NCBI GenBank assembly: GCA_037379345.1
Contig: CM074517.1
Span: 20,336,001 to 20,400,000 of the forward strand
Direction of reading: 5' to 3'
DNA length: 64,000 nt
DNA from: Perna viridis
Lineage: Eukaryota
A program made the translations under genes and the position numbers. The notes under the pieces were generated by a model. It saw only the letters and a program-made list of their open reading frames with translations, searched no databases and was not told the origin of the DNA. Shown one piece after another: positions 1 to 12,592 of this stretch. Position 1 is the first letter of the stretch, and every line of letters starts with the position of its first letter.

Positions 1-1224
1 ACCATACGTGATGTCAATCCGAATGGTTTCTCTTCGGATGATTTAAGTCATGCCTCTATAAATTCTTTGTTCGGAACAAGCACCAAAACTTAATTACTTC
101 TTGAAGTGCATACGAGGTGTAGTTTAGATTTTCATACAGTTATGGAAGAATAGGAAGACAATCATATTCGAATGATAATGACTTCCGAGCCTATAAACTT
201 AAGTTTTTTTGCAAGAACGAAAAAAAAACAAAGCAAAAAAACAAAAAAACATTTCCACTGAAAATGGAATAATACACAATAAAAACATCCGAAAACGATT
301 TATGAGATCTTTGTAACGCTGGAGTGTGCGAGCCCTTGAACATTACTTTTTTGATTGCCCAACGTATGATGATATATGCCTGAAATTTGCATCTTTTTCT
401 CAAGCGAATGTTGATAGCAATTCAAACCCATTTTTGTAGATCTGTTGCCTGAAGCTAAGATGCATTTTCAGATTGGTGATATCAGCTACCTTTTTCAGTA
501 GTAATGTCGGCCATTTCTACGATTGTATAGAAAATATGTTCATACAGAATTGTTTCAATCTCAGGTTTGAGTTTTTAAAATGATGATTTTAATATATGTT
601 TCCATTCGATTCATTTCTATTTGCATTGAACTGCTTTATGATTGATAATCAGTCATTGTATTTCAAAATATTTTTTCTATAAGCAAGGTGTATTTAAAAT
701 GTTTACATATTTGTAGAGATGCCCCTACTCATTGTAATTGTTTTATGGTATTTCTAAATGATATATACTGCGCCATCGGGTCCCATTGATAAACGGAAAA
801 AAAACGTAAGCATAGAAGGGTCTGAAAATTCTCAAAGATGTCAGAAATGTGGAGACTGTTGAAGCATGTGACCACCACTTCTGAATGAAATAAAAAAAAA
901 TCTTTCCCCATTTTGTAATATTTTATCAAAGGAACGACGTCATTTTAACGTCATTTTAACAGGTAAATGATGTAACAGCTTTTAAATGTCAATCGATTAT
1001 GTACTTAAATATCTTAGTAAGCTGTTTTAAAATACTCGGCACTGGCATCGCATCAAACATGATTGACCAATACGTTATATGCTATTTAAAATAATAAAAT
1101 TGCGTTTGAATTTTGTATCTATTTTTGAGTTCCCAACAAAAAACTCTGAAAGGCATTGATTTTGTACTTTTCTTTTCAAATCCTTACCGATTATGTTGAA
1201 ATAAAGTTTTTTGTTTATTTTTTA

Positions 1225-1586
1225 ATGGTCGTCATCATGAACTCGTGGATCGTTACGGTGTATCCATCTGCGCCATGAAAACTGATTTGTGCAACGTGTC
1301 ATAGTTTTCCTTTCCTCTTTCGTCTACCCCGGACTTGACTTTTTTTATGAGCAACTCGGCGTTTTTTTTTCTATAAAAACAGAGGACGCTTACCCTACTG
1401 GTGAACCTGTTCCATGCTTCCAGTTTTAAATGGAATCCGAGTTGCTCATTTGCTTTTGTTACTTTGTATGTATGATTTTAGTCATATTATATTCTTTGTA
1501 GCATATGTCTGTTTTCCTTGTCGGTCTTTGTCCCTGTAATACATTCTTTTGATTACCACTATAACCTTGGTGCCCATGATTACTCT
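1225..1586 (+). mobile_element. 3' end of Penelope-like (Naiad-type) retroelement, family A
   Basis: Matches copies at 10.55-11.06k, 24.2k, 25.5-26.0k, 29.3k and 49.9k; begins with GRHHELVDRYG coding remnant. Confidence 0.8.
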
Positions 1587-2458
1587 TATCTTATTTTTTT
1601 AAATGTTAATTCTTATGTATTAAAATCAACCAAATTGATAGAAGGAGTTGCAAGAAATCATTGTGAGGTCAAAATGGAACTTTTTGCTCTTGTTCTGTAT
1701 AACGGTTTTGATATTTTCAAAATGGCTTAATTATTGTCTGATTCTACTTAAAATTGATATTTAGGATAGACATATGACTGCAGAATGTAATGTATCAAAC
1801 GTGAATGTGGAAAGTTTCATTCTTTGTATTCGGTTACTTATTATTATAATACAAATATCTTGAGATTCGTTGTTTCGAATCTTTTTCTCTCCTTTTTCCG
1901 TTCTTTTCCATCATACAATCCGCTGAGCGTGCGTTTAAACGAAATTAAAACGATGTGTAAACGCACGATAAACGATTTTGGGGTTTCACATAGCAAAACA
2001 TTAACTTTGTAATTGGTAAAAAATGAGGACAATGGGTCCATTTATTATCTGTTACTCCTCCTTTACCACTAAATAGAATTGAATGAAATTTCCACAGAAT
2101 AGTTATAACATGTTTTCATCCAAATTAAAATGGAAGTTATAAAGTGCATGCTATCAAATAGGGAAAAGGGCTATAAATTTAGTGACATTGCTCACAGTTC
2201 TTCTAGTTATATTTTATATTTTTATATAAGACCAACAACATTTGTTGTTATCAGTGGTTGGTTGTAAAAAGACCTTATAACGTATGCTCTCAGCAAAATA
2301 CTTATCTGGTTTCAAGTAGAGCATAAAACGTCTAAGACAGATTGTAAATCAATAAAGTAAACCGTCAATAAAAAAGATGAAAATTTTAATAGAAATTTTT
2401 TTATAACTTTAACTAGTAACGTAAATATCATTGAATTACTTATATATACTTTTTGTAG

Positions 2459-2487
2459 GGAGGACATACTACTAATGAATGTTCCAA
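2459..2487 (+). CDS. 29-nt micro-exon of locus 1 (EDILLMNVP)
   Basis: ttttgtag|...|gtattg; paralogous 29-nt exon at 53231-53259 (EDILQMNVL) with synonymous changes GAC/GAT and CTA/CTT. Confidence 0.65.
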
Positions 2488-2553
2488 GTATTGATTGAGA
2501 AAACAAAATGCATTATTCATATTCTGCCTTTTTACTCTTTTGCATTTCGCAAG

Positions 2554-2580
2554 ATATTACGACTAGTATGTATGCGCTAG
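2554..2580 (+). CDS. 27-nt micro-exon of locus 1 (NITTSMYALG)
   Basis: tttcgcaag|...|gtaagt; paralog at 53327-53353; phase-1 end joins GT-ATG-ACT at 4179 in frame. Confidence 0.75.
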   Translation: MLRLVCMR

Positions 2581-5500
2581 GTAAGTACAAGTATTCCCTA
2601 TTTTCTTTAGAATTCACCATGATTTATATACCAGAATACATTTTGAAAAATTGTTATTTGCCACAATATCAAAATTAATTTTATAATCAAACAAAAACAA
2701 AGTAGCTTTTTGGCTGACATATCATAAAACTAGTCTAATCCATCGTTTATAAAATTGTCAGTTTAAGGCTATGTGTGTTTCCCCACGAAGTTGGTCAACA
2801 TATGTTTTTTTTCGAAACGTTTGAATGGTGTACAACTAAACTTGACACAAAAATTAGGACATTATTTGTGGTTATGCAACGTCTTATTAAGAAATCCAAC
2901 AATGATGCAATTCCAAAATGGCCGCTGTTTAAACTTTGAATAAAAGATCTCCAGAAGAATTACAAAATCGAATGAAATTTAATTTTAAAAAAATGGCCGG
3001 CATTATCAGTTAATCGCTGGTAAAAATTTCTAAGAATTACAAAAACAAAATTCATTGAGGCAAGCGAAGTGATTTAAAATGGTCTTGTGAAAACCGGGAA
3101 CTCGGAAACATACTGTTACGCTGTGTGTAACAATTATTTATAGTTATTATCTGCTTTTGCTATAAGAGTGCTGAATATACAAAATGTATTTTATTTAATC
3201 CTGTCATCAGATATATAGATTTAATCTTCAGTTTCATGGATAATTTTACTTGTACCTTCAAATTTCTGCCTAGATATGCACATATTACATGTTGACAGCA
3301 GTTGAAATGTCATTACATGGCCTAGCTGATAATTACAAAACTAAAGTTTTTGTGATAAGCATTATGTTGATACAAGTAAAAAGTCATTTGTGCCTGGAAT
3401 ATTGAAATACTGTCATAGGCGATAGCATAAAGAGTTTTACGGTACAATGTGATGCTTAATACGTTTAAATAGAACAGTTCTTATATAATCCACCGAATTA
3501 CAATTAAATGATATCCCTTTATTTTGTAAAAACATACGATAATAATTCATAGACAGATTGAATGGATTAGCAACATCGATTCCAAGAACATTAAAAGCGC
3601 CAATTTCATTATAGGATTAAATATATTTTGTTATCAGAATGAATCGATGTGTAAAATCAGACTATTCACTCACAAATCAAATTAAAGAGGAAACCCCATT
3701 TTTGATCCTAATAATTCCAATCTTAAACAATCTGTAAAGATACATTTCTCGTAAAAAGTTATATTGATACCTGGAATTGATATTAAAAATGGCGACATTC
3801 AACCGACATCATGACATTGTTTTCGATATTCAATTAAGATAGGGGCAACTGCATGATAACTATTTTCTTGAAAATTTGATAAAGCAGATTATTATATATT
3901 TGTTTATACATTTATTGTCTCTTTCTTTTGCCGGAGTGATGGTGTCCATATATAGTAACAACGTGCTCATATATTTTCCCACTCGTGAAAGCTTGCATCG
4001 CTGAGGTGGTAGAAGATAACTTATCAAAGTGCAAGAAAAAGACATGTGCTATCAAAATTGGATATATTGGACTTATGTATATTTCATCTTATATTTACTT
4101 TTATGGTATTAAACAAGTTCTATTTATTTTAGAGACGGCATATTAAAGAAATTACTAATTGACAAATTAAAATTCCAGGTATGACTGCAAATCCTACTTC
4201 ATCCTTCGGTAAAATTGAGAAAACAACCTCTACAAGTACAGTAGTAGAAAACTTAACAGTTAGTACACGGACATCATCAATTATAACTGGTGCATTGGTA
4301 ATATCAAGTTCCCCAGGCACAAATGAAAGATCAGGTAGAACTGATGAAACAAAAACGTATGGTAAAACACCACTTACTAAAACAATAATTATAACAGGAT
4401 ACCTACAACATCGCCTACAACAGATATGCCTTCAACGCTGAGCACAACTAAAACACCTTCAACATTAAACACCAATGACGAAACAACGTCAAGAATGCTT
4501 GAAGATTATACAACCTCCGGTACAAAAGAAAAATCTACAACATTGAGTACAATACAAATTCCTTCTACATTCAGTATATTTGACGAACCAACGTCAAGTT
4601 CAATGGTGCAGCCTACAACATCAATTAAAATACAATATTCTTCAATATCGGGTAAAACCGACGATATAATTACGTCAAGAACACCTATAGACACCACAAC
4701 TTCGAGCATAACAGAAATATCTACAACATCCAGTACTACAGAAAAAATTACAACATCAATAGTAAGTAAAACACCGACAACACCAATCATGCCTGATACG
4801 CCGACAACATCAGGAAAATCTGAAGAGACAATAACATTAAGTACAACTGAAGGAACAGCAACATCTAGTTCAGAACATACATTTTTAACCACAAGTGCAA
4901 CTGACGAAACTTCAATGTCAAGTACATTGTGAAACATCCAACATCTATAACAATGCAAACACCATCAACAACAAAAGAACAACTAATGAAACAACAATTT
5001 CAATTACAACGGTAAAGCCAACTACATACAGTACAAAACAAACAACTTCAATATCAAGTAAAATTGACGAATTCACATCCTCTAGTTCAACTTTAGAACC
5101 CGCTATACTGAGTACTGCAGACACATCTTCAAAATCAGGTAAATCTGACAAAACAACAACGTCAATATCAACAGTAACGCCTACAACATCAATTGAAATG
5201 CGATCATCTCCCACATCAGGTAAAACCGGCGATATAATTACGTCAAGAACACCTATAGAAAACACAACTTCGAGCACAAAAGAAATATCTACAATATCCA
5301 GTACTACAGACAAGACTACAACATCAATAGTAACTGAAACATCGACAGCATCAAATATGACTGATAGGCCGACAACAACAGGAAAACCTGAGGGGACAAT
5401 ACCATTAAGTACAACTGAAGGAACAGCAACATCTAGTTCAGAACATACATTTTTAACCACAAGTGCAACTGACGAAACTTCAATGTCAAGTACATTGTGA

Positions 5501-5848
5501 AACATCCAACATCTATAACAATGCAAACACCATCAACAACAAAAGAACAACAAATGAAACAACAATTTCAATTACAACAACTACATACAGTACAAAACCA
5601 ACAACTTCAATTTCAAGTAAAATTGACGAATTCACATCCTCTAGTTCAACTTTAGAACCCGCTATACTGAGTACAGCAGACACGTATTCACAATCAGGTA
5701 AATCTGACGAAACAACAACGTCAATATCAACAGAAAAGCCTAGAACATCAATAAAAATGCAATCATCTCCCATATCAGGTAAAACCGGCGGTATAATTAC
5801 GTCAAAAACACCTATAGAAAACACAACTGCCAGCACAAAAGAAATATC

Positions 5849-5973
5849 CATCAGTCATAATTGATGCTGTCGATGTTTCAGCTACTATTGATGTTGTAGT
5901 GTTTTCAGTACTACAGAAAACACTACAACATCAATAGTAGCTGAAACATCGACAGCATCAATTATGACTGATG
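5849..5973. repeat. Perfect 58-bp inverted repeat with 9-nt spacer
   Basis: 5849-5906 is the exact reverse complement of 5916-5973. Confidence 0.95.
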
Positions 5974-8609
5974 CGCCGAAAACAACAGGAAAATCTGAAG
6001 AGACAATAACATTAAGTATAACTGAAGGAACAGCAACATCTAGTTCAGTACATACATTTTTAACCACAAGTGCAACTGACGAAACTTCAATTTCAAGTAC
6101 AATTGTGAAACATCCAACATCTATAACAATGCAAACACCATCAACAACAACAAGAACAACAAATGAAACAACAATTTCAATTACAACGGTAAAGCCAACT
6201 GCATACAGTACAAAACAAACAACTTCAATATCAAGTAAAATTGACGAATTCACATCCTCTAGTTCAACTTTAGAACCCGCTATACTGAGTACAGCAGACA
6301 CGTATTCACAATCAGGTAAATCTGACGAAACAACAACGTCAATATCAACATTAAAGCCTAGAACATCAATAAAAATTCAATCATCTCCCATATCAGGTAA
6401 AACCGGCGATATAATTACGTCAAGAACACCTATGGAAAACACAACTGCCAGCACAAAAGAAATATCTACAACATCCAGTATTACAGACAAAACAACAACA
6501 TCAATAGTAACTGAAACATCGACAGCATCAAATATGACTGATACGCCGACAACAACAGGAAAACCTGAGGGGACAATACCATTAAGAACAACTGAAGGAA
6601 CAGCAACATCTAGTTCAGTACATACAACTTTAATAACTAATACAACTGACAAAACTTCAATGTCAAGTACAATTGTGCAACATCCAACATCCATAACACT
6701 GCAAACACCATCATCAACAACAAGAACAACTAATGAAACCACAGTTCCAATTGCAAAGGTAGAGCCAACTACATACAGTACAAAACAAACAACTTCAATA
6801 TCAAGTAATATTGACGAATTCACATCCTCTAGTTCAACTTTAGAACCCGTTATACATAGTACAATAGACACATATTCACAATCAGGTAAATCTGACAAAA
6901 CAACAACGTCAATATCAACAGTAACGCCTACAACATCAATTGAAATGCGATCATCTCCCACATCAGGTAAAACCGGCGATATAATTACTTCAATAACATT
7001 AAGTACAACTGAAGGAACAGCAACATCTAGTTCAGTACATACATTTTTAACCACAAGTGCAACTGACGAAACTCCAAAGTCAAGTACATTTGTGAAACAT
7101 CCAGCATTTATAACAATGCAAACACCATCAACAACAACAAGAACAACTAATGAAACAACAATTTCCATTACAACAGTACAAAACAAACAACTTCAATTTC
7201 AAGTAAAATTGACGAATTCACATCCTCTAGTTCAACTTTAGAACCCGCTATACTGAGTACAGTAGACACATATTCACAATCAGGTAAATCTGACGAAACA
7301 ACAATGTCAATATCAACAGTAAAGCCTAGAACATCAATAAAAATGCAATCATCTCCCATATTAAGTAAAACCGGCGATATAATTACGTCAAGAACACCTA
7401 TAGAAAACACAACTGCGAGCACAAAAGAAATATCTACAACATCCAGTACTACAGAAAACACTACAACATCAATAGTAGCTGAAACATCGACAGCATCAAT
7501 TATGACTGATGCGCCGAAAACAACAGGAAAATCTGAAAAGACAATAACTTTAAGTACAACTGAAGGAACAGCAACATCTAGTTCAGTACATACATTTTTA
7601 ACCACAAGTGCAACTGACGAAACTTCAATGTCAAGTACATTGTGAAACATCCAACATCTATAACAATGCAAACACCATCAACAACAACAAGAACAACAAA
7701 TGAAACAACAATTTCAATTAGAACAACTACATACAGTACAAAACCAACAACTTCAATTTCAAGTAAAATTGACGAATTCACATCCTCTAGTTCAACTTTA
7801 GAACCCGCTATACTGAGTACAGTAGACACATATTCACAATCAGGTAAATCTGACGAAACAACAATGACAATATCAACAGAAAAGCCTAGAACATCAATAA
7901 AAATGCAATCATCTCCCATATCAGGTAAAACCGGCGATATAATTACGTCAAGAACACCAATAGAAAACACAACTTCGAGGAGAAAAAAAATATTTACAAC
8001 CTCCAGTACTACAGAAAACACTACAACATCAATAGTAGCTGAAACATCGACAGCATCAATTATGACTGATGCGCCGAAAACAACAGGAAAATCTGAAGAG
8101 ACAATAACATTACGTACAACTGAAGGAACAGCAACATCTAATTCAATACATACAACTTTAACAACAAGGAACAACTGACGAAACTTCAATGTCAAGTACA
8201 ATTGTGAAACATCCAACATCCATAACACTGCAAACACCATCATCAACAACAAGAACAACTAATGAAACCACAGTTCCAATTGCAAAGGTAGAGCCATCTA
8301 CATACAGTACAAAACAAACAACTTCAATATCAAGTAAAATTGACGAATTCACATCCTCTAGTTCAACTTTAGAACCCGTTATACTGAGTACAGCTGACAC
8401 ATTTTCGAAATCAGGTAAATCTGACAAAACAACTTCAATACCAACAGTGAAGCCTACAACACCAATTAAAATGCAATCATCTCCCACATCAGGTAAACCC
8501 GACGGTATAATTACGTCAAGAACACCTATAGAAAACAAACCTTCGAGCACAAAAAAAATATCTACAACCTCCAGTACTACGGAAAACGCTACAACATCAA
8601 TAGTAGCTG

Positions 8610-9119
8610 TATCTAGTTTTGCATGTACTACATGTAGATAATTATGCTCTCAAGTGGGCACAATAACAACGTTCTGTGATGCAGCCAATTTTCCAGATTT
8701 TTTTTTCAAAAGGTGTTTTGGAAATGTTTTAGAACACCAATCACACAACTATTGAGACTTACGAAGAGGTTTTTGTAACCAATCCATTAAAAAGAAATTA
8801 AACCTTCTGTTTCTGCCTTTAATTTAGCAAAATCCAACTTGAGAAATCCTCTACCTTTGAAACAATCCAAATTTTAAACAAACCTGAAATTTTACTTCAG
8901 AGGAAAAATGGCTTGCTTGTAGGTGTTTAGCTGATACCATTTAATGGTTAAAAGATGTTCAAATTGGTCTGTTGCTTTGCGATGATGTCAAAGTTTGTAT
9001 TTATATTTCATTATGACTATGAAGTTGCTTATTAGCTAGTCTGTTGTACTTAAGTTCCTTCAAGGTCATTTAGATACATTTGAACTCTGAGCATGTCAGT
9101 CTTAATTTGATAGAAATAA
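8610..9119. other. ~510-bp non-mucin insertion in the PTS exon
   Basis: Mucin repeat stops after tagtagctg (8609) and resumes at cagtactacagaaaacactac (9120). Confidence 0.85.
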
Positions 9120-10095
9120 CAGTACTACAGAAAACACTACAACATCAATACTAGCTGAAACATCGACAGCATCAATTATGACTGATGCGCCGAAAACAAC
9201 AGGAAAATCTGAAGAGACAATAACATTGAGTACAACTGAAGGAACAGCAACATCTAGTTCAGTACATACATTTTTAACCACAAGTGCAACTGACGAAACC
9301 TCAATGTCAAGTACAATTGTGCAACAACAATCAACATCTATAACACTGCAAATACCATCAACAACAACAAGAACAACTAATGAAATAACAATTTCAATTA
9401 CAACGGTAGAGCCAACTACATACAGTACAAAACAAACAACTTCAATATCAAGTAAAATTCCCGTTCTGAAGTTTTCAGTTACTATGGAGTTCAAATATAC
9501 TGTCGATTTTAATTTGCAAGAAAAAAGTATTAAATCACAACAGCTTCGGAACAATACACATGACGCTGTAAGTATTTCCAAACTTAAACAGAGAAAGATA
9601 CGACTTTGAATGATTTTGATTGAACTGGTGTACCCTTTAAGCCTTATTTCTACGCTTTGAAAATTTTGAGTATTAACATTAATAAAATCAAATGCATTTC
9701 GAAAAAAAATGAAATGATATAAAAAAAAAATAAGCCAGGACCAAAGATTAACATAAGGGCACTTTGCTCGGAAAACTTACACAACATATGAATACAAAAG
9801 TACTCAAACGAACATATAGAAAAAAACAAACTACGCGAATTCCATTGATTGGCATGATTTCACATTCAAATGTGTCGTAAAAAAGAAACTAAAGCATTTT
9901 TTTTCCATTTTTGGTCATATCTTGGAGGTATAAGGGTACCTGAAAATCATATGTTGGTTGCTCAGTAGGAGTGCGTAGGTGGTTAAGATATCTCAGCCTA
10001 GGTACTAAATTATTTATTTGATGTACACCTATTTCATTTTTTTTTTTATGATGCAATTCAGATCTAATAAAAAATATGGCTACTTTACCATTTAG

Positions 10096-11530
10096 CTTTG
10101 GAATTTTTATAAAGGATCTGGCGAACTCGGGAAAGCATTGAAAAGTTTAACTATGATAAAACTAAGGTAGGTTATTGAACGGTATCTTTTGTTTAATTCA
10201 ACAGTAAAATATAACTATAAGAACTTTTACCATTTAAAAACTAGCAATGACAGCCGCATTCTTTTGTTTTTACTGTAATAGATTTTGTCTATTTGTTTTG
10301 ATTTATCATATTTTTTTTTAAATCTTATTTTAGTTGTCTGATCTAAGAATTGTCCCTGAAATTATTATTTTGTTTTATTTAGAACCGTTCCATTGGAACA
10401 TTCACGGAAGAAAAGGAATGCATGGCAAAGGTATTTAGAGATCAAAATTTAACTTAATTCTATAAATGTATTATTTCACATTTGTATTTTATCGTTTAAA
10501 TTTCAACTTAGAACAAAGGCACCTCTAAGAGGGGCTGTACATGCACAACATTAATCAAGGGAACACAGGTTATAACGGTAATCAAAAGAATGTAATCCAG
10601 GGACAAAGACTAGACATGGAAAACAGACATACACAACAAAGAACATAAAGTAACTAAAATCATACATACAAAGTAACAAAAGCAAATGAGCAACTCGGAC
10701 TCCACTAAAAACTGAGAGCATGGACCAGGTACACCGGTAGGGTAAGCGTCCTCTGCTTTTCTAGAAACACCCGCCGAGTTGCTCATACAAAGTCAAGTCC
10801 GGGGTAGACGAGAGAGGAAAGGAAAACTATAACACGTGGAACAAATCAGTTTTCATGGTGCAGATGAATACACCGTATCGATCCACGAGTTCATGATGGC
10901 GGCCGTAAAACTTTTGTAGTGATAACTTCAATCTTGTAGCAACATAACCCTGCTCCAGAAGCCTATTTGTTAGAATTCTAGCGCGATACAAAAAGTCTGC
11001 GTAGTCTCGGCAAGCTCTGGCATAACGTAGGAGCTGTGATATGAATACTCCATACGCATGTTTTAATTTATGAACGTAGTGTTCAGTACGGTTCTTGTAT
11101 AAAAAGTTTTTTACTTCCTAAATAAGTCAACAATTGCATTAAACTATGTTTGTATAAATAAGCGTTTTGAATATGGCATATTTATCCATTTCAACAAACA
11201 TCTAGATGCAATGTATCACAAGTAGTATATGTGATTTTTCCAGGTGTTTCCTATTAGCTGCTCATATTTTTTTTTCTAATTTGTTTGTTTGTATGTTTTT
11301 TTCTTCTTTTTTTTTGGGGGGGGGTGTTTTTTTTTTATTGTTTTGTTTTTGTTTGTTCTTGTCTTTTTTGTGATATTTTATTTCATCTTAGTAATAGCCT
11401 TTCCGTAGAATATGAAGTTGACTTCTATCAAATTTTTGGAACGACGAAGGATGTTCATGTACTTTTAAATGATGCATTCACAAATAGCAGTATCAGTATA
11501 AATGGAACGACTGTAAAGATAAATCGGTTC
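10096..11530 (+). CDS. SEA-like domain exons of locus 1 (10096-10166, 10383-10430, 11392-~11530)
   Basis: Spliced translation KFSVTMEFKYTVDFNLQEKSIKSQQLRNNTHDA|LWNFYKGSGELGKALKSLTMIKLR|TVPLEHSRKKRNAWQS|NSLSVEYEVDFYQIFGTTKDVHVLLNDAFTNSSISINGTTVKIN. Strand/helix pattern and position between the PTS domain and TM fit a SEA fold (inference). Confidence 0.7.
10551..11058 (-). mobile_element. 5'-truncated Penelope-like element, family A: RT C-terminus plus 3' UTR
   Basis: Minus-strand translation AYGVFISQLLRYARACRDYADFLYRARILTNRLLEQGYVATRLKLSLQKFYGRHHELVDRYGVFICTMKTDLFHVL*. Confidence 0.85.
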
Positions 11531-11749
11531 AGTTTTGTAATAATCGTTTCACCATTACCAGATATGCTTAAATTTTAAATCTATCTAATAAGTAACTACT
11601 ACCGAATTATAATGATCTATAATATCATTGTACTAGATAGTTCAGGAAAAATATATTTCACTAGAAAAACTGTAAGCAAAGTTCACCTTATGATACTCTC
11701 GCTCCCTCCAAAGAAAACAAATTAGAAACCCCGTCAATGATTTAAGCAT

Positions 11750-12030
11750 TCAGAAAGAAAGACAAAATAGAATGTGCACAATATAATCATACTATTACGA
11801 GTTTATGAAAATTGCATCAGCGGTTTCAAACGAGTCGACCAAGTCCAAGTTTTTCTAGGAAACCCAAAATGTCATTCAGGTGAAAAACAAAATAGGAGAT
11901 GCACAATGGCATCATGAAATAAAAAATCTGTAAAAAGTTTCATCAAATTCCATTCGGTGGTTACAAAGAGATTTTGGATTAGAAGTGAGGACGGATGAAC
12001 AGAGATACACCAAGATCACTTTATACAAAT
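11750..12030 (+). repeat. Degenerate repeat, possibly a non-autonomous Helentron-type remnant
   Basis: Two diverged units (gcacaat...agttt(c)at.aaa.t.cat.c.g.ggtt.caaa) and a ggacggatgaacag motif; classification from recall only. Confidence 0.35.
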
Positions 12031-12456
12031 GCTACTATTCATAGTCCTACTTACAAACCTTGAATTTATTAGCGTAACTTGTTTTAATCTTGATGAAATA
12101 CTTTGGTTCGATTGGCGAACAATTACTATTCCCATGTAAAAGCCTAACTAAGATCTTGAATTGCACTCAACACATTGAGGAGCAGTAAGAAATATTAAAA
12201 TACCAAGAAACAAGTATAGCAGAAAGTGTCCATGTGTCGTATAGTAGAAAGTGTCCATGTGTCGATTTCTTTTACACCATAGCATATCATATGTCAAAGC
12301 ATCTTAGCTGTAGCTTTTGTTTGCGATACACGATTCAAGCCACTGTATGCAGTAGTGTAACAAATATGAATTGTTGAAATAAAAGATACCTAGTATCTAA
12401 ACCAACGAAATATGAAATTTAAAAAATAAAAATTTATATTATTAATTAAGTTTTAG

Positions 12457-12592
12457 ATACATCAAAACTTGGATTGTATTTGGGTGTAGCATTGTTAGTA
12501 CTGGTATCAGTTGCAACTGGATTGGCTATATTTGTGAAAATACGCAAAAGGAAACAAAAACTTGTTCAACGTAACAACCTGAGATTTCAGAG
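12457..12592 (+). CDS. Transmembrane exon, copy A (TSKLGLYLGVALLVLVSVATGLAIFVKIRKRKQKLVQRNNLRFQ)
   Basis: ttttag|...|gtattg; 23-aa hydrophobic run followed by a KIRKRK stop-transfer sequence. Confidence 0.85.

Larger units (their letters stand above)
4179..9567 (+). pseudogene. Thr/Ser/Pro-rich mucin exon with ~570-bp (190-aa) tandem repeats, ending in the first part of the SEA-like domain; frameshifted
   Basis: Acceptor aattccag at 4178, donor gtaagt at 9568. Overlapping T/S-rich ORFs switch frame near 4400, 4926, 5494, 5850, 7175, 7640 and 8170. MTDxPxTTGK recurs at 5964 and 6534 (570 bp apart). Confidence 0.85.

Noticed and set aside
8609-9122. The insertion as a newly gained clean GT-AG intron
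   Set aside because: The donor at 8609 is phase 0 while the acceptors at 9113 and 9122 need phase 2, so splicing would not restore the frame
12216-12265. 25-bp tandem duplication, and microsatellites at ~18450, ~23592 and ~45775
   Set aside because: Ordinary slippage repeats with no evident function
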